The position numbers and the translations under genes were made by a program. Below, in pieces: positions 39,776 through 53,952 of a stretch of DNA of 64,000 nucleotides. Every line of letters starts with the position of its first letter. The stretch's first letter is position 1. This DNA is from Camelus ferus (taxonomy: Eukaryota), in the NCBI RefSeq assembly GCF_009834535.1, contig NC_045697.1, positions 4,528,001 through 4,592,000 on the forward strand. The letters run 5' to 3'. The notes under the pieces were generated by a model that saw only the letters and a list, made by a program, of their open reading frames with translations, was not told the origin of the DNA and did not search any database.

Positions 39776-41029
39776 AAAACAATAGTCTTTTTCTCCCTCT
39801 CAACCCCAACCCCTGCTGACTTCCATTTTTTTCAACCCCATCTACCCACATTCAGCACCTGTGTGTGTTCGTATGTGAAATCACATTGTGCAGAAATATT
39901 CTGCATCCTAATATTGTCACTGAATGAAAGATCTGGGTGATGTTCCATATCAACACACGCACGCTGGGTATTAAACTCTTGCACATTATTTTTCAAGAGG
40001 CCAAACCGTATGTTACTTAAGCAATTCTTTGCATATAGAAACCCAAATTGTTTTTGTTGCTTTGCTTTACAAACAAGGCTTCAGCGAACATTTCTCTGCC
40101 TGTGTCTTGGAATATGTTCCCACTACATGGGTAAAGGGTAAAATCCCAGTGAAAGAATGACGAGGTCAAAGGCTATGTGCCTAATTAACTTTGAAGATGA
40201 CGGCAAACGACCTCCAAAATGGCTGCATCATTTATGCTTCCGGCAGGAATAAACGAGTGTATGTGATTGCCCACAACTTGTTACCCTGAACCACACTTTA
40301 CATTTTTTTCACAAGTTAATGGACGAAAATATACCATCAACATTTTCGATATGATTTCTGACTCCTGTCTTACGCATTCTTTGCATAATGGAACACACTA
40401 CACATAGAATTGATGCCCTCCATCCGTGTTTCATAGCTTTTATGTCCATTAGTTTCGGGCTGTGGAGTATCTATGGGGTGGATGTGATTTTGGTTCTCTT
40501 AGTGTTGTATCTTTCTGTAAATTTATGTATCATTGTTTATATACAATAGTTCAGAGAACTGGGATCACTGGTTCAGACAGAGGAAATAGTGTTCATTCTT
40601 AATACATATGGCAAATTTGCTTTCCAAAGTATTGGTACCCACTTCCAAAGCCAAGGCAATAAATGAGGGTATATTTGTCACTCTGCCCTTAACTAATTTG
40701 GGTGGTCTGTCACCAATTTTTGTCCTGTCTGTCACTGATCTGTGAAAAATATAACTCCAGTTACACACGTTAGACCTTTTTTTTTTTTTTTTACCATATC
40801 CAATGTTTTTATGTCTTTTTTAAAAAATAATTTTCATTTTTTTGTCTTTCTCTTCATCAGTTTGGATATTTTTTCTAGTCAGTCTTCCAGTTAAATAATG
40901 TTCTTTGGTGAGTTGAATTTGCTCTAAAACTCATTATTTTAGTTCTTAATTTTAGGAGTTGTATTTTACTGTCCTAGAAGTTACATTTGATTAATGTTTT
41001 ATAGTTTCCAGATATCTGATGAAATTCTT

Positions 41030-41448
41030 TTTTTAATTGAAATATAGTTGATTTACAATGTTGTGTGAGTTTCTGATGTACAGCAAAGTGATTCAGTTTT
41101 ATGTATATATACATATATATATTTTCAGATTCTTTTTCATTATAGGTTATTACAAGATGTTGAACATAGTTCCTTGTGCTATACAGTAAGACCTTGTTGT
41201 TTATCTATTTTATATACAGTAGTTTGTATCTGCTAATCCTAAACTCCTAATTTATCCCTCCCCTTCTTACCTGTTTCTGTTTTGTAAATAAGTTTATTTG
41301 TACTATTTTTTAGATTCCACATGGAAGTGATATGTGATATTTATCTTTCTCTCTCTGACTTCCTTCACTTACTATGATTATCTCTAGGTCCATCTGTGTT
41401 GCTGCAAATAGCAGTATTTCATTCTTTTCTATGGCTGAGTAGTATTCC

Positions 41449-41496
<48 letters not shown>

Positions 41497-41555
41497 CACC
41501 ATTTTATACACACACACACACACATGCACCCCCTACATCTTTATCTAGTCATCTG
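41030..41555 (-). mobile_element. Lineage-specific 5'-truncated L1 with 15-bp TSD and internal (TA)n/(CA)n microsatellite
   Basis: TSDs tctgatgaaattctt (41015-41029) and tctgatgaacttctt (41556-41570); minus-strand peptide MEYYSAIEKNEILLFAATQMDLEIII is the ORF2 end. Confidence 0.9.
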
Positions 41556-41599
41556 TCTGATGAACTTCTTGTTATGTAATTATTAAGTTACTTCCAGGT

Positions 41600-42230
41600 C
41601 TGTCTCTGGCTCCACTTTCTGCTTCACTAGCAGTGTGTGAAGGTCCCAACTTGACGTTCTCACTGACATTTGCTACTGTCTGTCTTTTTGTTGCCAACCA
41701 TCCTAGTGGGTATGAAGTGGCATCTCGCTGTGATTTTGAGTTGTGTTTCCTTAATGGCTAATAGAGTTGAGCATCTTTTCATGTGTTTATTTGCAGTTCA
41801 TCCGTCTTCTTTGGAGAGATGCCTGCTCAGATCCTCTGTCCGTTTTGTAACTGGGTTGTTGATTTTGCTGTTGCTGAGTTGTAAGAGTTTGCTCTGTGTT
41901 CCGGATGCAGTTCCTTTATTAGATACAGGATTTGCAAACATCTTCTCCCATTCTGTTGTCTTTTCACTTTCTTCTCGTTTGTTTTTTAGCTGCAAATGCC
42001 CCAGTACGCAGCTCACAGCAACGCATTCATGCTGTTTCTTTTTTTATATATATATTTTAACACCTTTACTGTGGCATGGTTCTTGTACAGTAAACTGCAC
42101 ATATTTCAGATTCACAATCTGGTGAATTTTGATAGATGTACACACCCATGAAACCGCCACCGCAGTCAAGACAGCTAACATTTCCGTCACTCCCCAGGAG
42201 GTGCAATTTTTGAATTCCCAGTTTATCCCT
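41600..42230 (-). mobile_element. Older L1 ORF2 and 3'UTR fragments
   Basis: Minus-strand peptide TTEWEKMFANPVSNKG...KINNPVTKRTEDLSRHLSKED is an L1 ORF2 remnant. Confidence 0.8.
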
Positions 42231-43470
42231 TCCCACACGACATATTCATGCTATTTCTTGGACTGAAGTAGACAGAAGATTTCATCCAAGCCTGCAGATA
42301 TTACTGTGCGTCTTTTGAATGTAAGACAGTCTACGTGGAGCTGGCATTTTGCTCTTCGGCTATGTCCAGAAACATGTGCCAGAATAGATTTATAGAAATG
42401 TTCATTAAAGCCTTGTTTATGAAGCAAAGAAACAGAAACAATCTACTGTTTTCATAAACAAAGAATTGGTTAAATCAATTTTGTTCCAGCCTCATGATTA
42501 AATAATATGCAAGATTCTAGAAGAATGCGATCAGTTTGTCTATATTAACATGGAATTACCACCACAGCTTTATGGTAAGTGACAAGAGCGAGCTGTGAGA
42601 CAGTTTGTCTAGGGTAGTTTCATGTGCGTGCATACACACATATGCTTTCTGATCACGGGTAGCAGGGCTGAAAACAGTGTAGAGGTCAAAGGAAGTCCGG
42701 GGGACAGGAAGAAGGGCTTTTATCTATACAGCTTTCTTGTACTGACTACAGAGAGAACCAGAGAGTGGGTGAGGAGCCACAGAACACCCGCCTTACAGCA
42801 GCGTATGACTGTGGGTCAGGGGTTCGGGCAGGACTCGGCTGGGCGATTCCGCCCACAGAGCAGCAGCGGGGATCATTGCTGGTATTCAGCTGGGTGCTGG
42901 GCTGGGCTGGACAGTCCAAGGTGGCTTCACTCACGTGCCTGCCCCAGAGAATAATAATGGTTTACATTTCCTGAGGCTTGACCGATGCCAGTTGTTCTAA
43001 GACTTTACAGGAATCAATTCACAGAGTCCTCAGACCATCCTCACCATTGGGCGGGCACTAATATTACCCCCACTTTGCAGAAGAGAAAACTGGGGTCAAG
43101 AGAGACATGACTTGCACAAGGTCACGGTGCAAGTGAGTAGCTGGGCTGGGGTGGGACCCAGGGCATCTGGCTAGCGGAGCTGTAGGTTTAACACCGCGCC
43201 AACAAACTCTGGCACTTCCGCATGGGGAATCGGCAAGGCTTCCTTCCTGGAGGAAGAGGCAACGGGGCAATCTGGCAGGGCTCATTCTCCAGTGCTCAGA
43301 GCATCCGCCCTCCCTGATCCAGCAGAGCAGCTGCTGGGAAAGGCCCCTGTTCCCATTGAGAACTCTGGTAGGGGAAGAGGGGACGAAAGCCAACCTCTCT
43401 GAGCGCAGTTCACCGCGGAAGCGCTGGGCTGGGTGAACGATGGTTCTCAAAAATGTTGCTTCTCTTTCAG

Positions 43471-43527
43471 CTTGACGAACTTCAGAAAAAGCACCACGAG
43501 GCAAATTTGGCTGTGACGCCTTTGAAG
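43471..43527 (+). CDS. C4orf50: C4orf50 coding exon 8
   Basis: ttctctttcag|CTT; LDELQKKHHEANLAVTPLK; donor AAG|gtaatg; 57 nt, phase 0/0. Confidence 0.85.
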
Positions 43528-43944
43528 GTAATGTGTGTGTGAAATCAATCTGAAGTGTCTGTTTCAGAAGAAAGGAGAGCTTAGCACTTTCCCCACTACG
43601 ATGTAGCCCATCTCTATCATATAAAAACACTGGAAAGAAGAATGAGACAGATTTCACCCTGAGTTCCCATTTGCATTCAGCGTTTTCATGTATTTTCTTC
43701 CAGTGCATTTTACATGTGTCTGAGCTCCCACTGTTCCCGTGTGTCTGTGCCCCGCTTTCCCCGCTTAAGTGTGTAACCGACGTAAGAGCTGTCCTGCCTT
43801 TGCCAGCCTTGGAAGCTGCTGTCCGGCTGGAGTGTAAAGCATGAGACACCCCAGTTCATAAACCGCCAGATCCTCGGGGGTGTTCGCGTCAGTCTGTCCG
43901 TCTTCCCTCTGTCCTCCCCTCCCTCCCTCTCTCTTTTGCATTAC

Positions 43945-44050
43945 TGTGTGTATGTATATGGGGGGGTTATATTGTGTATATATATATATACACACACACA
44001 CACAATATATAGTGTATATATATACACACACACACATTATTGTGTATAAA
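43945..44050. repeat. Compound (TA)n(CA)n microsatellite, two units
   Basis: gtgtatatatatatatacacacacacacaca followed by a shorter second copy. Confidence 0.85.
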
Positions 44051-46186
44051 TACTATGATGCACATTTTTTATTAGAAAAGGTTCCCCACATTTCAAGACG
44101 TTTCTTGAAGACAGATCCCCAGAAGTGGCAGCACAGGCTCACAGGCTCCGACACGCTAGTCAGACGTGTAGTCTGGTTGAGATGAGATGTTTACTCTCAA
44201 ATGTGGCACCTGGACTTGGGCGGTGGACCTGGAGGGGCTGCCCTTTCTACTCTCCAGGCACGGTGGGCCAGGAGCTCGCTGGGCTGGGGGCTGGAAGGAC
44301 GTGGTTGAGCCCCGGGACCCCGCTGACTCGGCGAGTGCACCCAGCCTGAAATAACGGGAATTCCCTCCTGGCCGCTCTCACGGCCTCTTCTGGCCGTCCA
44401 CAGATGGCATGGGCGGAGAGGCGGAGAAAAGTGTAAAACTCTCGAAAATGGGAGGCTTCCCGCGCTCCTCTGAGGGCCTCGTCAGTTGCTACGCACCATT
44501 CGCTTAAATGAGGCCCACAGTCCCTTGTAAACTACCAAGTGCTTCACACCTGCAAGATGGAAATAAAAACACGGCACCAGCACTGCATCACTCGCACGTG
44601 GGAAGGCCTGCCACAGAGGAGGTAGGACTGGACGGGGAGGAGCCTCAGAGACCTGGGCTCGGAATCCAGCCCCTCCTCCGGGTCGTGATTCACCTCTGGT
44701 GCCTCGGTTTTCCCAACAGCAGACAGGAATGGTGGCTCCTGACCTGGCTCAGGGGGCATGAGGACTCTGATGGCGCTGACCGCCCTCGGCTGCGGGCCTG
44801 CTCTACGTGCCTCCCCCACGACGCAGTTTCCGAGCACGTCAGGGAGGGGAACATGGACCCCACTCTGTGGATGAGGAGACCGAGGCTCAGAGAGGTGAAG
44901 TGCCTCGCCCGTAGTCACACAGAGCTACCCGGTCGCAGGGCCAAGACTTGAACCCAGCTCTGTCTGATGCCAAAGGCTGCAACCTTCCCATCGGCCACAC
45001 TGTCTCTCTCAGAGCCCAGTGGAGTCACTGTCACCATCAACAACTGGCCTCTTTCTCTGGGGAAACCATTCATAGTCAGCTGATGCTGCCTGAAGGGATG
45101 AGACCCTGATGTTTTGGGGTGTGATCCAGGGGTCCCAGGGAGCCCAGCCTCCTGTCCTGCCTGCCTGCAGCACTGGGCACCTGCTACACTGCCTAGAAAC
45201 TGAAGCGCAAACGTCCCTGATCCTCTGGGACGAGCTTGGAGGGGAGTTCTGGCAGGAAGACCTCATCACCTCCTTCTCCAATGGAGCAGGAGGTGACGAG
45301 AGTCTGTGAGTCCCTCCGGACATGCTTCCCTCCATGCGGAGACCTGGGAAGTCATTTCACAGCAGAAGGGTCATGCACTCAGGTGGTTCACGTAACAAGT
45401 GCCTCCCCAGGGGCGTGCTGTGCCCAGCCATGGCACAGGGATGGAGCCGGGGATCCAGGGGAGTGTCAGCCTTGACCTTGAGAAGCCCCCAGACTATGTG
45501 GGGGACAGACCTGCAAATACAAAGATTAACTGCTGGGAAAGAGGCAGCTGGGGCCTGGGCGCAGAGGGGCTGAAGCCCTGAGCATCAGGAAGGCGGTGCC
45601 CAGGCCGGCCTCTGAGCAGATCTGCACAAGGCTTTTCTGTGCTTGGGACATGTAGGAGATGCAAAGGAGCGATGAGGAAGTTCCTGGGTGTCAGGGGTCG
45701 GAGTGGGCCAGCATGGCTGGAACAGGGGGCATGAGAAGGAGGGTTGTCATGATGGGGCCAGACAGGCTCACGGACCGGGCCAGTCTAAGACCTTTGATGC
45801 ATGAGGGCCCCACTGGGCCAGCCCTGTGGGAGTGTTTGCCTGCACCGTCTCCTTTTGTCCTGGTGCCCTTAACTGCACCCATTGTACAGATGAGCAAGTC
45901 GAGGGGTAGGGAGGAGCTTGGTCTCATAGCTGGTCGAAGGTGGGGCTGAAGTCCACTCTGCTGACCCACCCAGGGGGCATCCAGACAGCAGTAGGGGAGC
46001 CCCCAGAGGTGGGCAGCAGTGCGGCTGCTTGTTTTCAAAGCCAGCTGTGGCTTCTGGGTGGAGGGAGGGATTGCAGGGAGGAGGCTGAGCTAAGACAGGG
46101 CTGGTGATGTGGAGCCGGGAGCCGATGCCCCAGCCCCGCTGTCCCAGCTCAGTCATCCGGCCCCTGAGGGAGCCCTGCAACCATGA

Positions 46187-46516
<330 letters not shown>

Positions 46517-49500
46517 TGACCTTGCCTGAAACACACCCTGGACAACCTGTGCTCAGGGCTGGCCTAGGGAGGTGATCTGGCCTTCCTTAACCTATAAAAG
46601 TGCTCACAACACACACGATGCATGAGACAGACACATACAGTGATTTCCATTCAGTGTCAAACAAGCACCATGACAACGGTTTCACCAGATGGTTCTTTCA
46701 TGTGTGCCTCAGGCCCTTAGCACTTGCCACTTCCTCTGGCAGGATTCTTGTCTGCCCTGCAGCCACCCATCCATCCTTCAGGGCCCAGTTCACATGTGAC
46801 CTTGCCTAGGAGCCTGCCCTGGGTCCCACAGACCACAGGGGTTAGCCATACGCCCCTCTGTCTTTCATTGTACGTGGATATGTGTGACATGGCACATAGG
46901 AGGGTCTCCCTTCTGCTGTTGGGAGAGTTTTGTCAGCGCCTCTTTGCTGGAGCCAGAGTCATTTCATAACCATCTCTGTCTCCCTAGTGCCTGGCACGGA
47001 AAAGCCGCTCAGGGAATATTTGTTAAATGAATGAAGTAATAAACTAAACAAATGAGGATCTCCTCTGCTAATGAGCAACAAAAGAGGAGACAGAGGCTCA
47101 GAGAGGTTGTGAGACTCACTCAAGGTCACACAGCTCCCAGGTAACACAAGTGGTGAGGGATGCCAGTTCTGACCCAGGTTTGATAAAGATACTCCCGGGT
47201 CTCTGCCTGGCTCTGAACAGCACCTGGGCATCTGAGTGCACACAGCCCTCGCGGGTGCTGAGCTGAGCCTGCTCGCGCTCACAGACACACACACTCACAC
47301 ATGGGCGAACAACCCCGTTACTGGGGAGCAGCCAGCAGCGCCTGCACTGGATTAGCTCAGTTCCTGATGGTGCGAGAGTGAAATGCAGCTGCTGCTGTGG
47401 ACACAGCCGGCCCTGTTTTCCAGAATCACTCAATTGGCCTCACGGGCTCCCACTGTTGGCAGTGTAGCACCAGATCTGCGCCTTCCTCCTCTACCTTCCC
47501 AGCCCGGCCTCTGCAGGCCGACCCTCTCTGTCCCTTCTTTGCCCCACAGCCTTCAGAGTCGCAGGTGTCCTGTGGTCCAAAGCACCACACAGCCAAAGAT
47601 GTGGAAACCTAGAGAAAAGGGACTGCTCAGGGCCACAGCAACTTGGTTCAGAGACAGAATTTGGATCTAGATTCCCAGACTCCCAGTCCAGTGCTTGTCC
47701 CTTTGCCTGAGGGCTTCAGGCCTCTTCAGAGGCAGAATAAGGATGGGGAGAGAGGTCAGCACCTCGTCTAGGGATCTGGCATAGTCCCTGCGTGTAAGCT
47801 GAGGCAGGACTGAAAGCAAAGTTCCAGGGAAGTTGTTGGATGCAGCAGGTGTCACCTGGGTGGGGGACTGGCTGTATTCTGAGATGGTGCCATCATTGTA
47901 GTGAGAGCTCTACCCTCCAAGGGCTGCTCTTCGTCTTGCAGGCTCTGAAACTAGAACCAATTTGTTCACTGGGATTGGACAGGCTGACTCACATTGACCA
48001 AATTCACAGAGACTGAGGTATAAACTTGAACACTAACTGGTTAATTTCCTCTGAGAACCAGAACTTTGGGCAGACTCTTTATACTGAAATGATGGATGGA
48101 AAGCTATCAGTAGAGCCTCTCTTGATACTGGAATTATCTGGAAAGTCAAGTCCATTCATTCATTTGTTCATTTGTAAGTCAATAAACGTTTAGTCAGAAG
48201 GTTATTTGGGAGCCTGAAATAAGAACAGAGAGGGTTAATGGTCTCATCTGCCTGATGCATTCATTTCCCATAGAGATGTGTTCCTGGGCCTGGACATGCC
48301 TCCTTTCGGCTAGGGTGTCCCCGCCCCAGACTTTATGAAAGGCCACGGCCAGTTATGAGCTTCCATTCCCTCCTTTTAAGGTGACTTTGAATCTGCTGTG
48401 ACCCATTTTTGCATTATTTTACAATTCAGTTCCACCACCTGGGAGGCGGCTCGCTGTGCCCTCCACAAATCACAAAAGCCTGGCTCTGCATTTTATTCCA
48501 CAAATATTTATTAAGCACCTGTTGCCTCGAGCCAGGCATGGTGCCAGGCGCTGGGGAGAAATGGTGAACCAGACTGGCCAAAATGTACAAGAAGACGAGG
48601 GAAATAATCGTCATAAGTTACAATGAGGAGAAAGGACTTAGGCAGAGATTGACTATTCTGCTGGGTAGTTGTGTGTCTTTGAGCAAGACCTGAATTACTC
48701 TGAGCCTCAGTTTGCTTGTCCGTAAAATGGGAACAGTACAGCCCACCTGGCAGAATTGACATGGGGATGGACCAAGATAACTTGTAGAGCCCCTTGTGCA
48801 GGGATGTCCCACGGGGTAGGAACCTGGGCCTGGTGTGGGCAGCTGTCAAGGCAATGGGGGAGTTCTGACATCCAGGAGCCCTGGGTTCAAATCTTAGCTC
48901 TGTCGCTGCCTAGCTCTGTGGCCTTAGGAGAGGCCACTTCCATGTACCACTTACCATGGTGCTTTATGTAAGAGACTCAGGTAGTCCTCCTGTGGGGAAG
49001 ATGCCATCATTAGCCCCCTTTCCAGATGAGAAAACTGAGGCTCAAAGAGGTTATAAGTCATGCCCAAAGTCACACATCTGTAAGTGGCTTTCTAGCTCAG
49101 CATTTGATATATGAGGTCACCTGGCCGAAGCAGAGCGGGATCGGAACCTGGCAGTAGGATTCTGCGCAGTCCTGGCTACTGCGACCCCCGTGCGGCGTGG
49201 TGGGGACCGTGGGCGGTGGCAGGAGATCTGGCACATGCACACTGGGCCCTCAGTGAGTCAGTCCCTCTTGTCACTGGAGGGCCAGTCCTCAGTGTGCGGA
49301 TATAAGGCAGTGAAAAAATAACCCGGTGATGTGTTTAACAAACGAAGAGGGCTCCAGGCTGGCCGGAGGGAGGGGGTTCCTGAGTGGAGGAGTTTCGAGA
49401 GGCTGGACGGGAGGGTCACGAACACCTGGCTGCCAGTGGGGGTGTTTGCACTTGGTTCTTCAGTGAGTGCGGAGCAGCTGAAGGGGTTGGAACAGGCCAG

Positions 49501-50309
49501 ATGTGCTTTGGGAGGATGAACCCACGGGCGTGTGGGCTATACTGAGCTGCAGAGTCTGCAGCCGGATGGCTTGGCCGTGAACTCTCAGGGCCCAGGCTGC
49601 TGAGCGGAGCTCTGGGGACACGGAGACCCTCGTGGCAGTGGTGGCAGCTCCTCCCGCTGGCAGGCGGGCAGGAAGTGGGTTTTACGGGTGCCGATTCTTG
49701 TCTCAGAGAACACAGATGGAGTTCCCGATGGAGACACTGGCTCTGGCTCAGAGCCCGGGAGGGCTGCCCGGCTGGGCAGACACTGATGGGCTCGGGTGGG
49801 ATGAGCCACAGTGGAGAGGGCGGGTCCTGGGAGCCCTGAGGCTGGCGTGCCTGCGAGTGAGGCCTTACGGAAACACCTCTGGGAGGCCCACATTCTCAGG
49901 CTCTGCTTGGGAGGGGGCTCACACCAACCACAGATATCTGAGGGGGGACGGGGTGTGGGCTGCGGGGGGGCCCACCAGGACAGGCGGCCTGGCCCGTTCA
50001 TTAATTCACCGGAAGCGGTGATGACGGCTGAGACTCACAGAGCCTTCCCTGAGCCAGCACTTTCCATGGTTCACTCACTTCATTCTCCCAACATCCCACT
50101 TTGTCAAGGAGGAGACTGAGGTTTAGAGTCATCAAAGAGCTGGTCCACACAGGAGGAGGGCAGGCTGGGGTTCAGAGCCAGGGTCCATCTGAGCTCCCAA
50201 AGCTCCCTTTCAGGAAGACGGTGCACATGCCCACAGTGGTGGCTTGGGGTCAGTGTCCAGCTTCCAACGACTTCCTTTTCTCACCCTGGTTGGGTGGGTG
50301 ATGTCAGGA

Positions 50310-50470
50310 GGGGAGGGTATAGCTTAGTGGTAGAGTGTGTGCTTAGCATGCATGAGGTCCTGGGTTCAGTTCTCCATCCTGGGTTCAATTCTCCGTACCT
50401 CCATTAAAAAACAAAAAACTTAATAATAAAGAAACAAATAAACAGACCTAGTTACCTCCCCCTTCCCCAC
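50310..50470 (+). mobile_element. tRNA-derived SINE (camelid Vic-1-like)
   Basis: ggggagggtatagcttagtggtagagtgtgtgcttagcatgcatgaggtcctgggttca: A box, B box and A-rich tail. Confidence 0.8.
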
Positions 50471-50613
50471 AGAAAGGAAGGAAGGAAAGAGAGGAAAGAA
50501 GGAAAGAAAGGAATGAAGGAAGGAAGGAAGGAAGGAAGAAGGAAGGAAGGAAGGAAGGAAGGAAGGGAGGAAGGAAGGAAGGAAGGAAGGAAGGAAGGGA
50601 GGAGGGAAGAAAG
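50471..50613. repeat. (GGAA)n microsatellite
   Basis: About 140 bp of imperfect ggaa repeats after the SINE tail. Confidence 0.95.
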
Positions 50614-50902
50614 ACAAACTACAGCAGCCTGGGCGGCTTAAACAGGAAGCATTGCTTTCTCAGAGCTCTGGAGACTAGAAGTCAGAGATCCAGGCGCCGG
50701 CACGGATGGATTGTGTGCGTGGCCACCTTCACGCTGTGTCCTCACGTGGCGGGCAGAAAAACCAGCGCTCTCACACCGCTTCTCATAATGGCAGTTTCCA
50801 CCTGAGGACTCTTCCCCAAGACCCCACCTCCAAATGCCTTCCCATGGAGGCTAAGTTTTCAGCCTATGAGTTTTGGGGACACAGACATTCAGTGCACACC
50901 AC
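50614..50902 (-). mobile_element. MaLR (MLT1/MST-like) LTR fragment
   Basis: ggcggcttaaacag...ttctcagagctctggagactagaagtc...gctgtgtcctcacgtggc...tatgagttttggggacacagacattcag. Confidence 0.7.
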
Positions 50903-53900
50903 TAAGCGACAAGGACAGACACGTGGTAGGATGGGGGCTGCCCAGCCCTTGGAGCTGCCATCTTCCTCAGCCGTTGTACTGCCCACCCCTTGGTGTCTGG
51001 GCCACCGCTGTCCATGGGTCAGTCTTGCATCCACCCTGGCATGCTTCCTGCAGCTCTGCTGGTTCTCTCCAGCCCGGGCGCTGGTCCTGAAGCAGAGGGA
51101 CTCCATGAGGTCAGCCGGGCCAGCTTCGCCGGTGTCTTTCGTCCGGGAACACTGGGTCTTGCCGCCTCCCTGGCTTTGGCTGAGACGGGAGCAAGGGGAA
51201 GGCAGGTTCCTTCCTTTCTTAGGTTCCTAAAGCCTCTCTGGGGGTTCTCAGTTCCACCCCATCCCCCAAACTGGCTTGACTGGGCGGGTCTCAGGGCATC
51301 TTCTCAGGGCCCCTTGGCTTCCTCCCCCACCCCCAGCCCCAGGGCACCTATTTTTTCTGGATTTCACAGGACATAGACTGTTGTCATTCCCAAGCCAAGA
51401 ATGAGAAGACTTCTTTGTTGCTTGTACGTGGGTGTCATCCCCTCCTTGGAGGCAGATGCCTGGGCGCCCCAGGGAGGTAGAACAGGGGTGCCCTCCTGTC
51501 CTGTGGCTGTGTGCCTGGCCGACCTCCGCCGGGGTCTGGCCTGGGTCAGCTCAGCAAGTGGAAGACCCATCGGAGAAGTGGATGGGTTGGCCCTGCACTT
51601 CCTGGGACGTGAGCTCCAGTCCTCTCTCCAGGCATGGAGATTCACCTGGCAGGTCAAGACACCCCAGATCCCGCAGACCTGCCCCCTGTGGCCCTGGTGC
51701 TCAGCCTTCGCCTCTCCAAGCTGCCCACTCTCTCATGCCTTGGTTGCAAGGGGTGGGAAGTGCAGACCTCTTGTAAGGCCCTGGGAGGGTTGAACAAGAC
51801 CCGACATCAAATGCCCATCACGGCGCCATCGCATAAAAGCACTCAAAGGAGATGTAGGGTCCCTTTGGGCGGAAACCAAAGTGTTGCTCTGCTGGGGGAG
51901 GTCAGGGTCTTGTGTGCCAGCACCAGAGGGTCATCCAGACCCCAGCCTTGGAGACACGCACACGACCTGGCCAGGAAGCTGCCAGTTCCACTCCCTCTTG
52001 CCCTGCTTTTTTCTCTTTGCTCCACGTCCCAGAAACACCTCGCTCTCCTCTGAGTATTGGCCCACAAGCTGTCTCTCTGGGCCTTCGGGAACGGACTCTC
52101 ATCCTGCAGGGAGCAGTGAGACTGAGGGCCCTGAACTCCCTTAATTCATCAAACCAGCAACCCCAGGTCTGCACCTCTAAGGACCTGGGCAATTATTTTC
52201 TTTTTATCTCCCGCCTTTTAGGAAGTTTTGAGTATTCCCCCAAATGTTTACCTGGGGAGAGAGACGGGGGTGTGGGGTGCGTAGGGCGAGCCTTTGCCCT
52301 TTTGCTACTCTGTGGGGAGCGTTTAGTAAACATTCGTTCTCATTCCGTTCTGACAAAACCCTATAAGGAGTATATTAGTAGCCCCACTCTGCAGATGGAG
52401 AGGTCAGGGCTCAGAGAACTCAACTGATTTGGCCAAGGCCACGGAACCAGTAAGTGTCAGAGCCAGGACTCAACCGGAGACTGCCTGGCTCCGAGCCTCT
52501 CCAGGCTGACAGGATAAAAGAGGCGCAGGAAGGCGGGGAAAGAGCTCTAGATCTCAGATCACTTGCTGAATTCAGTGCCCCCAGGAGTCAGTTTGGTGCC
52601 CATGAGGCTACTTTGTGGATACAAAAGTCAACGAAACCTCATTTTCAAGTTGAAGGAGTCTGCACCTAATAAGACAGGCTCTAAACCTGGGTGCAGACAA
52701 AAGCGTTCATCTGAGGCATAGCCATGAGCAGAGAGAGGGAGACTGACTAGGGGGCATCTTCCTGGAAGAGGAAGCACCCAAACTGGGCCTTGAAGGATAA
52801 AAAAAGAATTTTAATAGCTGGAAGGATGGAGTGAAGGCCCTCTAGGCTGAGAGCCCTGCATGTGCAAAGGCCCTGGGGTATGAAGGGTCATGGTACTTGA
52901 AGACACACAGTTTTAGGGGATACAAATGAAGTGCTCTGAGAACAGTTAGCACAGTAAGAGAACAGGCACTGGGCCTGATACAGAAGGCTCCCAGTAAGTG
53001 GTGGTGGGATTGGAGTAGCATTGGAAGATGGTTGGGCCATAATCCATGCCCTTGCTCTGGATTAGTCATTCCATTTTAGAGGGACAGTCACAGAGGCCAG
53101 GTGTCACAGTGCAGCGTGTAGGGGCTATGGGAGAGGCAGGTGGAATCAGGGAAGACTTCACAGAGGTAGGGGCGGGCACTTGATTTAGGTATTGACGTAT
53201 ACATAAAAGCTCACTGGAGAAGGAGAAGGAGAGAGCGTTCTTGCAGGCAGGGAGGTGGCTGGTGCAAATACTTAAAGGACACAGTGGAGATGGGGGGAAA
53301 GGTATCAAAAGGATCCTGCATTAAGGGCCCCTTCCTCACCAGAAAACCCAACAGGCAGAAAGACCTGGGCTGCTGCTCTGGAATCAACTCTGACTTGCCT
53401 TGAAGATTCAGCTGTTGCTCTTCTTGAACCAATTGGGGGTCACCAGGCGGAGCAGCTAAGTTCCCACTGCCGCCCCACCTCTTCCAGACATGCACTGTGG
53501 GGTACAGGAGGACAACCAGCCCACACTGGGTGCAGAGAATTCCTCTTGAAAGCTCTGCCGTCCAGCTGTCTCATTCTTCCCGGCTTCCCAGCTCTTTGAA
53601 CAGCAGTTTTAAAAACACATTTATCAATCTCTGTCTGGAGATTCAATTTGGAGTAAAGAAAATGGAAGCTTTTCCTCGTGCCCTGTATTCCCTAGGAGCA
53701 AATCCTGGACTCCTCTGAGGATTGTGGGTGGAGGAAGGAGGGGTCCTGCCTGCATTTTCGCACACCGGGGGAGGAGCGGATCTGGTCCTAGAATGCACTT
53801 TCTGCAGGAGTGGTGGGGGCAGCTTTTTCCAGCTGTAGTCATCTGTGTAAGGCTTTCCCTCCTGTGTCATGCAGAGTAAATGCTGAGATGTCTTTTCTTC

Positions 53901-53903
53901 CAG

Positions 53904-53952
53904 ACAAGCCACCACCTGGACGTCGACTCTGAGAAGACAGCAGTTGTAAGAG
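53904..53952 (+). CDS. C4orf50: C4orf50 coding exon 10
   Basis: tcttttcttccag|ACA; TSHHLDVDSEKTAVVR + first base of the next codon; donor GAG|gtcagt, phase 1. Confidence 0.85.

Noticed and set aside
43064..43849. 261-aa minus-strand ORF spanning exon 8
   Set aside because: Ends in a MIR and has no recognisable domain or codon pattern; likely chance
50310..50395. Possible tRNA gene
   Set aside because: Degenerate stems, duplicated B box and A-rich tail indicate a SINE
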